A stretch of DNA of 64,000 nt, taken from assembly GCA_000002445.1 (NCBI GenBank), contig CP000071.1, positions 2,112,001 through 2,176,000 of the forward strand, in the 5' to 3' direction. The translations under genes were made by a program, and so were the position numbers. Under the pieces are notes generated by a model. That model was not told where the DNA came from. It searched no databases and was given only the letters and a program-made list of their open reading frames with translations. This document shows positions 32,747-42,519 of the stretch, one piece after another. The first letter of the stretch is position 1. The number at the start of each line of letters is the position of its first letter. This DNA is from Trypanosoma brucei (Eukaryota).

Positions 32747-33775
32747 GTGTATTTATCTACACATTTGGCAGTTCGCATTTTGGTCAAACTAATGCAGCCC
32801 GCGGGGGGGAACTCGAGTCCGAAATCCACAGGCGAGAGTTGCATTTGTAGCGCCACGAAATATATTTACAGCTTTCGGAAGAAGGAATGGGTTGTGTTAG
32901 CCACCAATGTCGAAATTATAACGCCACTCAAACCCTTTGCTAAGGGTGGCATGCGGGTCTGTTATGAGGTTGAGGAAATCGAAGACGACGGCAGCCGCAC
33001 GCGCTGCATTGCCAAGTTGTTCCTTAAGGTTGTGAGTGACGTGAAGGAAGAGGATTATTTCTGCGAAGGGGAAGCGCAGTGTCTCTGCGAAGAATTTGCG
33101 AGCAACTTCAACAAGGCTCCCTTCAATGGACCTAATAAACCGCGCATATCATTCTTACAGTGTCAGGTGTTGCGTATTAGTCGTAATATCATCCCCCGCG
33201 AGTACCGTCAGCTGAAGGATGGGTTCTTCTCCCACCGCACAGTCGACACGGGAGATGTTCTTTTCGTGATGGAACCCAAACTTGGGGGACACTTCACAAA
33301 GTATAACAGCAACTACGGTGACGTCTATGAGGATGATAAGCACTGCAAAACGGACTCCCAGAAACGGAAGCGTCAGCATATGTTGCACGTGGCTGAAGCT
33401 TTCTCTCATTTCACTCTCGTAGATAGCCTGGGCTCGATGCTTTTGTGCGATCTGCAGGGCGTCAATGACTTGTTGACAGACCCGCAAATTCACACGGAGG
33501 ACGGTCGGGGCCTCGGGTTGGGGAACATGGGCACGGAGGGCATTACGAGGTTCGTGGCCAACCACAAATGCAACGAAATTTGCGAGGGTTTGGATCTGAA
33601 GCCGCTGACAGGTGTGGTGCCGGAGTCTAGTGATGAAGCAAAGAAGTCAAATGTTTACGCGTACCTGCGGGCCCAACTCCGACAGGATTTCATCCCACCT
33701 CCTAAACCGATATCTGAGATGACAGAAGAGGAAAAGTTTGAGCACGCGCTGCAGCTGTCCCGCGTCACTTACTGA
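32747..33775 (+). CDS. alpha-kinase domain protein (atypical protein kinase, eEF2K/MHCK family)
   Basis: Signature alpha-kinase motifs: LCDLQGVNDLLTDPQIHT (DxQG...TDPQIHT, 33453-33497), the Gly-rich GLGNMGTEGI segment, and a conserved N-lobe (GGMRVCYEVEEIED...CIAKLF). The catalytic domain is at about 32880-33650. The exact start codon is uncertain. Confidence 0.8.
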   Translation: MYLSTHLAVRILVKLMQPAGGNSSPKSTGESCICSATKYIYSFRKKEWVVLATNVEIITPLKPFAKGGMRVCYEVEEIEDDGSRTRCIAKLFLKVVSDVKEEDYFCEGEAQCLCEEFASNFNKAPFNGPNKPRISFLQCQVLRISRNIIPREYRQLKDGFFSHRTVDTGDVLFVMEPKLGGHFTKYNSNYGDVYEDDKHCKTDSQKRKRQHMLHVAEAFSHFTLVDSLGSMLLCDLQGVNDLLTDPQIHTEDGRGLGLGNMGTEGITRFVANHKCNEICEGLDLKPLTGVVPESSDEAKKSNVYAYLRAQLRQDFIPPPKPISEMTEEEKFEHALQLSRVTY

Positions 33776-35993
33776 ATGAAAGGGGTGTGGAAGTGGGTGG
33801 ATACACTTGGTATTCACAAGCTAAAGGGGAAGACGGGAGAAATGAGTGTTGCTTCTACATCTGTCCGGACTACGGTTGCAGCCAACGTCGCCGTTGGTGT
33901 TGTCATAAATGCCAAAGGTGGTGCCGTTGTTGCTGCTGCAAACGCTGCTCGCATCATAGTGCATTCCTTAGAGCACGGCACAGTTATTCGAAGCGGGACG
34001 TTTTAAACCAACAAGAGGGGGAGGCCGTCTCTGTTGCTGTTGTTGTTGTTCACGGTCCCTTGTACGTTTCTTTTTTAGTGTCACTCACGCTTCAATATGT
34101 TCCGCTTTGCCGCGGCGGGCAGCAACGTCACTGCTATTGTGTGTGTACGCGAGTGTTTGTTGCTGAATGGTCCGTCGGTGCTGCTGCTGTCGTGAGTTAC
34201 TGACGTTATAAATTTCGCGCACCTGCTTCTTTCTTTGCTCAATTGTAAGAATTCGCTTCAGCCGTCCGTGTAATTTGAGCTCGTGATCGCGCCCCGCGTT
34301 GTCAACCACGTCACCGCATGATGATGCGCTTTTTCTGCGGGTGAGTGGTTCTCTGCTTCCGCTTCCGACAGTCTGGAAATGATAAATACTGTCAGCACGC
34401 GCAGGGTGGAGAAGATCGGGGTTAGCGAGGACTGGGGGCCATGTTTTTTTCTGCCTTCATAAGGGAAAAGAGAAAAAGTGAAAGGAGAGGACGGGCTGTC
34501 GCGCAGCCTTTATCAGGAAGCTAATTGCGGCCGCCTTGCTTCTGCTCTTTTTCGTCGAGCGTTGTATATTTCCAACCTCGCTGTTCGCTTAGTGTCTTCT
34601 CTCTGTCTTTCTTTTTGTGCCGTTGTGTGGTTCTTTTATTCTTCAGCTTATATGGAGTCTTGTATATCATATAATTTACGGTGGTCCGCCTTAACCGCCC
34701 CCCTAGTTGGTGTTCCCCAGCGCGCACCCTTCTGCTGCAAGACACCTCACTTGCCCCTTTCACAATATTACTTTGCTTTTGGCGCTGCATTTGATTTGTA
34801 CCTGCGGGGAACCGTTGGAAGTTACACACAAACATTTCCTCTCCTTCATTCTTTAGGCATCGCTGTACATTCTGTGGTGCCCGCGCTTGTGGTATGAAGG
34901 CGAGAAACCGGCGTCGCGGGTGCGTGAAGCACTCAGCAGTGTGTCCGTCCTTCTTCAAATGTCGTTTTACCCCTCGTTGCTTCTTCCCCAAATACAAAAA
35001 GTGCACTTACGCACACAAATACACACATCGACTTCTTTTTCCTCGCTTACTCACTTAACGGAAAACGGGGGATGTTATGCTGAGGCGCACTTTTTATCAC
35101 TAGGGGAAAAGTTTGCCACGCCAAGTCTGCGGTTTAACTTCAGTGCGGCGGTCGCCAAACTATAGCCCCGAGTGTATTATGATCCCTAAATTGCTGCATA
35201 TATTTTGTGAATGTTTCAGTGCAGACATGATTTTTCCCCCTCTCCTTCAACGTGGCTACTCCTCTGCCCATCTTTGCTTTTTCCTCCCTTCCCCACCCCC
35301 CTTTCCTCCATGGCTTGGATTCACCAACACCACCTTGCGACACGCCAAATGGTGAAGGAGGTACGAGTGCGGCGGCGGCGGCGCGGCACGGGTTGCTATA
35401 GACTTTTGCAAACAAAAGTTAAGAAGGAAAAAGTTGGAAAGAGGCTAAACGACATTGAAGTGCGGCCGCACGGCAATCGCAAGGGAAGATATAAGCAAGA
35501 AAAGAAGGAGTGTTCGGATTTCGAAAATCGGGGTCAGCACATAACGCCACACTAAACTGAATATAAGTTCAGGAACGCAAGTGACTCAAAGTTCAGAAAG
35601 AGCAGGAGGAGTGTAAAGCAGAGGGTGTTGAAATCGTGTCAAACAGGGAGAAATTCGAGTTGCAAAACGGTTGTGGCTCTTCGTTGCTGTCGTCGGCTAT
35701 AGGGGAGCGTCTACCGTTTTGTAAGAACTACGCGGGTGTTTATATAAATATAGACGGAGTGAGTAACGAATCCAACGGCACTGCGCAAACAAGTGTGTTT
35801 CATCAAGGCAGTGTACCAGCGGCTAGGCTTTGTGGAAGCGGCAACCGGCAAAGTGGAGAACTGAGAAGCGGGAAAGAACAACATTGCTTCAAATCGTAGG
35901 ATTCGGTGAGGAAGGATCGCATTCGCATCGCGAGGTGTGTCGGGGCACGTTATTTTTGGTAGGCGTGTAGTTGATTGGAGGACGGCTACGAGC

Positions 35994-37409
35994 ATGGAAG
36001 AGGCAAGTAGCGAGCACCAGCGGCTCCTTCCCTGCAGCTCCGGCCCACACTCGAACTACAACGCAGCAGCCGTGGAAGTGGGCACTCCAGCGGCACCTTC
36101 CCCATGGGGTGGGTTGGAGGACGCAGATCAACAATCCTTGAACTCGACGGAAGTGCGGCGGCGCCATGAGTCGAAGGTATTGTTAGCTGCCCTCATGTTC
36201 TGTTTCGTGTTCATGCTGGTAGAGCTCATGTTCGGCGTGGTGGCACACTCCCTGGCACTTCTGACTGACGCCTCGCATCTCCTCATCGACGTGGGCGCCT
36301 ATGCGCTGAGTATCATGAGCCTACGTGCCGCCTCGAGGACCTCCTGCGGGAAGTACAGCTACGGCTGGCACCGCGCGGAAGTCATCGGAACGCTTGTTTC
36401 GGTCTTCTCCATTTGGGCCCTTGTCGTCTGGATTGTCATGGAGGGGTTGGATAGGTCATGGAATGTAGTGAAGTGTAGCCGTATCCATGCTATGCTTGCT
36501 ACCACTGCTCAACAGTACAAGCGGAATAATAGCACCAGCTATTACGGCTTCGGTAATATTTCACAGCGCCCTACGGTCGACAAGGATGGAGCGCTGACAG
36601 AGGCGACGCATATGGAAATGTGTACAAGTATCGACTCACCCATCATGGTTGTGGTGGGTGTACTAGGGATGGTGGTAAACGTTGTATGCGCCGCTATTTT
36701 GTACTTCGGTGGTTCGCACGGCCACAGTCATTTTGGTGGATCACACCATCATAGCCATAGCGGTAACGGGGAAGAAGAGGATTCACTATGCGAGGAGAAT
36801 ACTGGGCACAATCACAGTCACGACCATGGACATGGACACGGGCACAGCGGAAGTGAAGGTGAAGGTCATGATCACAGTCACAGTCACAGTGGCAGAGGGT
36901 TCGCCGTTCACGCTGCTCTGCTTCATGCGTTGGGTGATTGTGTCCAGTCTCTCGGCGTCATCCTCGCTGGAATCTTCATTTATGTCGCAAACCGTTATTC
37001 GTACGGTGTTCCATCATATCGCTACTCCATTTACAACCTTGCAGACCCGCTGTGCTCGCTACTGTTTGCCGTCATTACGCTCAACATGACGCGACCGTTG
37101 CTGCGGGACCTTCTGGGAATTCTCATGGAGAGTACCCCTCCGGGTATTAACTACTCCGAGTTGTTGAGTGCCCTGCGCAGTATTAAAGGTGTTGAAGGCG
37201 TACACGACCTTCACGTGTGGTCGATTGCCTCCGACTACGCAGCGCTTTCGGTTCATCTTGAGGCAGACGATAAGGATGCAGCCCTTCAGGAGGCACAGGA
37301 GGTTTGCAAGAGATTTGGCATCACCCATACGACCATTCAGGTGGACACGGTGGAAAATGGGGCAGGTCTATGTCACTCCCTGTGCGCCTCGGCACAAACT
37401 ATCGCCTAA
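35994..37409 (+). CDS. cation diffusion facilitator (ZnT/SLC30-like) zinc transporter with a His-rich loop
   Basis: CDF signature HSLALLTDASHLLIDVGAYALSIMSL ... YGWHRAEVIGTLVSVFSIWALVVWIV, six predicted TM helices, and a cytoplasmic His-rich loop (HGHSHFGGSHHHSHSG...HNHSHDHGHGHGHSGSEGEGHDHSHSHSG, about 36715-36895). The ORF begins at 35937, but the ATG at 35994 (MEEASSEHQ) is the more plausible start. Confidence 0.9.
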   Translation: MEEASSEHQRLLPCSSGPHSNYNAAAVEVGTPAAPSPWGGLEDADQQSLNSTEVRRRHESKVLLAALMFCFVFMLVELMFGVVAHSLALLTDASHLLIDVGAYALSIMSLRAASRTSCGKYSYGWHRAEVIGTLVSVFSIWALVVWIVMEGLDRSWNVVKCSRIHAMLATTAQQYKRNNSTSYYGFGNISQRPTVDKDGALTEATHMEMCTSIDSPIMVVVGVLGMVVNVVCAAILYFGGSHGHSHFGGSHHHSHSGNGEEEDSLCEENTGHNHSHDHGHGHGHSGSEGEGHDHSHSHSGRGFAVHAALLHALGDCVQSLGVILAGIFIYVANRYSYGVPSYRYSIYNLADPLCSLLFAVITLNMTRPLLRDLLGILMESTPPGINYSELLSALRSIKGVEGVHDLHVWSIASDYAALSVHLEADDKDAALQEAQEVCKRFGITHTTIQVDTVENGAGLCHSLCASAQTIA

Positions 37410-38480
37410 CTGCGCAATGGTGGAACACCAGATGGGTGAAGTGTATGATGTGTACAAGGGCACACACACACACATTCGGCCCACTGATTTTTCTTTCTAT
37501 CCTTCCACAGTAAGTGAGCAGATGCTTCTATGCCTCCGTGTGGTAGTATCGTCTAACATTAACTTTACCTATAAAAACAACGCGGGGAAGAGTAAGGAGA
37601 TGGAATAGAGTGGAAAGTGCATTATGTCGAGATGATCAGGCTCCCATACCCTTCTTCCGTAACCTTCTTTCCCTCTTTTCGCTTCGCAAGCTTCATCACA
37701 ATAACGGTGGTGTGCTCCCCCCCCCTACTCATTCGGGTGCTTGACTGATGTCTCCCCATTTGGCTGTTTATCCTAACTCTCAGGATACCAACTTCTCTCA
37801 TATTCCACAGCGTGTGCGCCTAGGTGCACATCCTGGATGTGATATACAGATAGAGATGCTCTATGTATCACCCTTCACGCCCCCAGAATGGAGAGGTCGC
37901 GCTGGTGCCCTACGACAGATGGTGTTGGATCTTTTGCGCATGCCATTTACAGAGAAGTGAATGGAACAGAGGGGAAATTGACGGCAAAAAAGAGAAGGAC
38001 GGTTGAGGTTGAGATGATTACAATTATTGATGCTACATATATATATGTATTCTCTTTTGTCCCATCTAAAACTGCCTCAATTTTGCTTTCCCTTCCTCGT
38101 TTTTTTTCGAGGTTTATTGTGTGTTTTTGCTCCTCGATTGACAGGAAGAATAGAGTACAACTAGTGCACAGCCGAAAAGGGTGGGCGGAATGTCTAAACC
38201 TTGTGCTTGTGCGACGAAAGAGGAAGGAGGAAAGAGGAAACGGTTGTGAAAGAAGGTTGTAGCTGAGCGCACACGTGCTTTCTATGAGTAAACAATATTC
38301 ACTTGTCTTTCTTTTGCACTCGGAGCCCGTATTTTACCGATTGTTTCACAACCCGGTATTGAGCACATCCTCAACCACGCATATCTACGCTCCTCAACTT
38401 TCTGTGCAATAACTGACCTCTGTTTAAATGGTCATATAGGCATCTATAGCGAGCAAGGAAGGGTGGACCTCGTTTGAATC

Positions 38481-40193
38481 ATGCAAAGCGGCAGTGAGAA
38501 GCGGAACGGTCAAAAGCGCCCCCGACATGCAGGTGAAGCAGCGGCCTCTTCACCAGCGGTATCACTCAAACAAAAGAAACTGAAACCGAAGAAAAAGACG
38601 GATAATGCAGGTGAAGGGAATGAGGACCAACTTCAGCAACGGCGGCGGCAACAAGAGGAAAAGCGAAATTTACCGATTGCATCATCATCACCAGCGGCAG
38701 CGCAGCAAGTGAAGAGTCCGGTGTTGGATCAAGTGCAGGCGAAAGTCCCTACTGAAGAGTGTCGCAGCGCCCTGCTGGTCATTGGAACATATCACTCCGT
38801 CATGGCGGGGTTGCTCTACCGGCGTCGCCGCTTCGGCCTGCTTTTTTCCATCAAGCACCATGTCGGATGCATCAACGCTGTCACAGCTGGGGGCGGGGCG
38901 AAGTATATGGCTTCGGCGGGCACGGATGAGCGGGTATTTCTATTCACCAATAAAAGTCACAGCGTTCAAAAGCAACTGAAGCTCTTGAAAAAGAAGCAAA
39001 AACGGCAAGCGAAAAGGCTGAAGAAAGGTGGTGAACCATGTGAGAACGGTGGGGAAATGGAAGAAACCCTGGCTTTTGCTGGTCCTTCCGCAGAAACAAA
39101 TAGCGGCAGCAGCGCTGAGCCTCTTGCTCTCAGACTTACCGATTTGGGTCACGTCTCACCACCCAGTGAAGTACGTTGTATGAAGATAACGAGTAACTCA
39201 CAGCTGATGTTGTGTGGTTGTACTGACGGGCAGCTTATAACATACCGCACACGTGATTGGTCCATCAACTCGGCTATTCCATTACATGAGAAATGCATCT
39301 CTAGCATTGCCCTACATCCGGGAAGCAATAATGACGGCGGTTCCGGTGCGGCGCTTGCCATTACTTGCTCGGCAGAAGACCACCATATTGTAGTTGTAGA
39401 CTTGTTGAGGGGTCGGTTACTAAGCAAATGGCGCTACAGTACATCACTAGCAACAGCAATAAGTCGATACAGTGCCAACAAAGACAACGGTGGAAGGGAT
39501 AATGTCGCGTCTCCGGCTGCTGTACAAACAACAAGCAACAGCGATGAGCCCGGGAGGCCGGTGAAGCTGGCGAAGTGGGAGCGGCACGACGAGCCACGTG
39601 AGGTCCACTTCTCCCCAGTAGGTTCTTACTTCGCCGTTCTGTCCAGTCACGCTCTACTTGTTTATGAGACGGCCACGATGCGGGCTGTGGCGCACTACCG
39701 GGCTCCTTCTCCGCTGCAGCCGCACAATGAAATGCACACCTTCTGTTTCATGGACGAACAAACCATAATGATTGGTGATGAGTCGGGAAACATACGATGC
39801 TGCTGTGGGCCATGGCAGGGGGCTTGCGTTCCGGGGATCGTGGAACGGCGTATTCCCCATGGTAGTGAGGGCGGTAACGTTGGAGTTTGCGGTACTAACA
39901 ACAGCAGCGGGGATACGACTGGCAGCTTTGCCGCTGGTTCTGATGCGTCACAGCATTCGGGACGTCACCCCACAAAGCATTCAACGCGTGTGAAAGCACT
40001 GCATTGTGCTGGCCGAACCCTCTTTTCATTGGATGCGGCGGGTGTCGCTATCGCTTGGAATGTGGATAAAGGAGGCATCAGCAGTAATAACAGTATCAGT
40101 GCGAGTGGCAAAAGCTCAGATTTGATGCTCCACTACATCTGTAGTGCAAACTGCAGGGGTCGTGTGACGACGATGGATGTGTTGCGGCTGTAG
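38481..40193 (+). CDS. hypothetical WD-repeat-like protein with basic (NLS-like) N-terminus
   Basis: 570-aa ORF. The N-terminus is rich in K/R (KQKKLKPKKKTD) followed by QQRRRQQEEKR. The downstream region has beta-propeller-like blades (HVGCINAVTAGGGAKYMASAGTDERVFLF; CGCTDGQLITYRTRDWS; ITCSAEDHHIVVVDL). This resembles nucleolar ribosome-biogenesis WD proteins, but I cannot name a specific family. Confidence 0.6.
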   Translation: MQSGSEKRNGQKRPRHAGEAAASSPAVSLKQKKLKPKKKTDNAGEGNEDQLQQRRRQQEEKRNLPIASSSPAAAQQVKSPVLDQVQAKVPTEECRSALLVIGTYHSVMAGLLYRRRRFGLLFSIKHHVGCINAVTAGGGAKYMASAGTDERVFLFTNKSHSVQKQLKLLKKKQKRQAKRLKKGGEPCENGGEMEETLAFAGPSAETNSGSSAEPLALRLTDLGHVSPPSEVRCMKITSNSQLMLCGCTDGQLITYRTRDWSINSAIPLHEKCISSIALHPGSNNDGGSGAALAITCSAEDHHIVVVDLLRGRLLSKWRYSTSLATAISRYSANKDNGGRDNVASPAAVQTTSNSDEPGRPVKLAKWERHDEPREVHFSPVGSYFAVLSSHALLVYETATMRAVAHYRAPSPLQPHNEMHTFCFMDEQTIMIGDESGNIRCCCGPWQGACVPGIVERRIPHGSEGGNVGVCGTNNSSGDTTGSFAAGSDASQHSGRHPTKHSTRVKALHCAGRTLFSLDAAGVAIAWNVDKGGISSNNSISASGKSSDLMLHYICSANCRGRVTTMDVLRL

Positions 40194-40611
40194 CTTTTTG
40201 GTGACGGGTCGATGATGGGCGAAGCTGAGAGTTTCCTTCTGTAAGTGGGCACCGAGGTTCGTACCTCTCGTTGGGGAAACATGCAGAGATTCTCCCCCGA
40301 GCAAACGTAAGAGGGATACTGGTGGGGGGAGGGAGGAATAAAAGCACCTGAAGCGAGTAATTATAATAGCGGTATGATTTAAGTTGTTAATCAAAAGCAC
40401 GGTTTCTAAAGGGTGGAAAAAGAAAGTGGTGTCTACAAGAAAGAAGTGGGCATCCACTATGACAAGTACACGACCTCTACTTTACGACCGACTGCTGTTT
40501 CTTCTTCCTTACATTACCTATAGAGTCAACACCCAAAATACTGAGTGACGAGGAGTAACCGATAATCAAAGAGAGAGATATATACATATATATAAATAAC
40601 AAGAAAGACAA

Positions 40612-42519
40612 ATGAAGTCTCGTGGTTTTACTCGACAACCCTCAGACAGCCACGATGGAGTCTCCGGAAGTTCGCCATATTTCGCTCGTTGGGGCGTATA
40701 TGACGCCCATGAGGATAAAAGTCACTTTAGCAGCCACGACGACAGGCGAAGCAGCAGCGGTAACATTAACGACAGCTACGGTAGCCGTTACGTCCGAAAT
40801 AATAACAGTAACGACGAGGAACCTAACAGATGGTGGCAGAGCAGCGAAGATGACATGACTTCCCGCAGCAGCGCGTTAAACATTCACGTACGGGAAAAGC
40901 AATGGAGGTCCAGCACAAACCACTGGGCTCCTATGCAACGACTAGTGCCGGGTGTTGGTGTCGCCAAGCAAACCCATCAGATGGTGAACACACTTTTCAT
41001 GGGAGACGGTGGGGATGAAGACGGTGATGTCGGCGACCGCATTGACGGCGACACTGTTGTCGTTGACGATGACGTCATTTACGGGTCCAATATTGGAGAT
41101 ATTAATGGAGCCAACAACAGTAAAGAAGGTGATGGTGAAAGCAGGCAAAACTGGCTAGATTACTGTTATCATTATAATTGTCAAAACAACAATAGTTACA
41201 CGTACAACGGTGATAATAGCAGCAACGGTAACAACTATAACAGGAACGATAGGCACAATGGCCAGAGCTACGGCGTGTACAGTGCGCTCAGCAGGTTAAT
41301 GGTGACCGGCAACGGGGAAGCCGAAGAAAGAAGAGACGGCAGAAAGAGATCCCCAGCAACAACACCAATTATGGCAGGGACGGGCGGGGAACTGACGCAG
41401 CCGTGCAGAGTTGCGAGCAGCGGTGGGGCGCCACTGGTGTCGTCTGGCACGGCAGTTTATACAGCAAATCGCGTGAGGTACAGCAACGGCAGAGGTACTG
41501 ACAGTGTATACACGAGCAATACTTACAGCATTACAGTCGGAGACGGCAGCATCAACGCCACTAACAAGAACACAGTTTTTGCCGGGCAAGCGCCCACTGC
41601 ATCCGCAGGCACTTCCTCGACGCCAGCATCAACGGCTGGCTTTGAAGCGGCAGCAGCGAGTATCATCGCGGCGGCCGGTTTGCCTCTCGGCACTTTTTCC
41701 TTAGCGAATTACATCGTAGAGGGCCAACCACGGTTTCCTTCAATGGAGCTAAGGCGGCAGCAGCAGCAAACCGTCTTTGATCAAAACCAGCATGAGACCA
41801 TCTTAGGGGAGTACCCCGTCTCAGTAGCATCACCACCTTCATACTGTGGAAGCCCCAGGAGCAACGGCTCCAGTCTTAATACGGCTCATCTCTTGAACAC
41901 CGCAACCACTGACGTGCACACCTCAGCTTGGTCTGGGCACACAAGGGACAACCAACGGAACTTACTGACCACTTACAACCAACACGCGCAGCAGCAACAG
42001 GCTAAGGCGTACAGTGAATACCTCAGTGATTTACTTTATTTCCACGCTGACTTCTTCCCACCTCCGCCCCCGCCACGAGGTCTTTCGTTTCCCTCTTACT
42101 CGCATTTCTTTACAAAGCTGTCACTGCCACCGGCGTACTCCTTGCCGCGAACATTGTCACTTGTTGCGTCGAACTGTCGGCGGCGCGCAGCATTGTGGTA
42201 TCATTACGCGAACAAGTGGAACATCACCCGTCGCCTCCCTCCTCCTCCCCGCACACCGTTGCCCGAGATGATGGAGGAGGAGGAGGAATCGAGAAGGCTC
42301 AGGCAGCTGCAGCATCCTCAGTGGTCGCACAAAGGAAATGGAACACTCGGACACCACAACCAGCAGAGCCCCCCGCGCACTCCGTACGACATCAGTGAGT
42401 GGATGAAAATGTGTGAGCGCTGGTTCGATGTGGCGCAGCGACAGTTCGAATACCCACCGGAAAATGTCCCCACGAGGGTCCCACCGAGCTTTATATTGCG
42501 CCATGTGGTGCAATATTAG
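40612..42519 (+). CDS. hypothetical low-complexity (N/S/G/Q-rich) protein
   Basis: 635-aa ORF in gene orientation with strongly biased composition (runs of N, S, D, G, Q and a PPPPPP segment). No domain recognised. Confidence 0.55.
   Translation: MKSRGFTRQPSDSHDGVSGSSPYFARWGVYDAHEDKSHFSSHDDRRSSSGNINDSYGSRYVRNNNSNDEEPNRWWQSSEDDMTSRSSALNIHVREKQWRSSTNHWAPMQRLVPGVGVAKQTHQMVNTLFMGDGGDEDGDVGDRIDGDTVVVDDDVIYGSNIGDINGANNSKEGDGESRQNWLDYCYHYNCQNNNSYTYNGDNSSNGNNYNRNDRHNGQSYGVYSALSRLMVTGNGEAEERRDGRKRSPATTPIMAGTGGELTQPCRVASSGGAPLVSSGTAVYTANRVRYSNGRGTDSVYTSNTYSITVGDGSINATNKNTVFAGQAPTASAGTSSTPASTAGFEAAAASIIAAAGLPLGTFSLANYIVEGQPRFPSMELRRQQQQTVFDQNQHETILGEYPVSVASPPSYCGSPRSNGSSLNTAHLLNTATTDVHTSAWSGHTRDNQRNLLTTYNQHAQQQQAKAYSEYLSDLLYFHADFFPPPPPPRGLSFPSYSHFFTKLSLPPAYSLPRTLSLVASNCRRRAALWYHYANKWNITRRLPPPPRTPLPEMMEEEEESRRLRQLQHPQWSHKGNGTLGHHNQQSPPRTPYDISEWMKMCERWFDVAQRQFEYPPENVPTRVPPSFILRHVVQY

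Noticed and set aside
33787-34203. 138-aa Cys-rich ORF (CHKCQRWCRCCCCKRC)
   Set aside because: It arises from (GTT/GCT/TGC)n microsatellite-like sequence. An overlapping alternative-frame ORF (33776..34006) reads poly-Ala/Val, so these are frame-independent repeat translations rather than a metal-binding protein.
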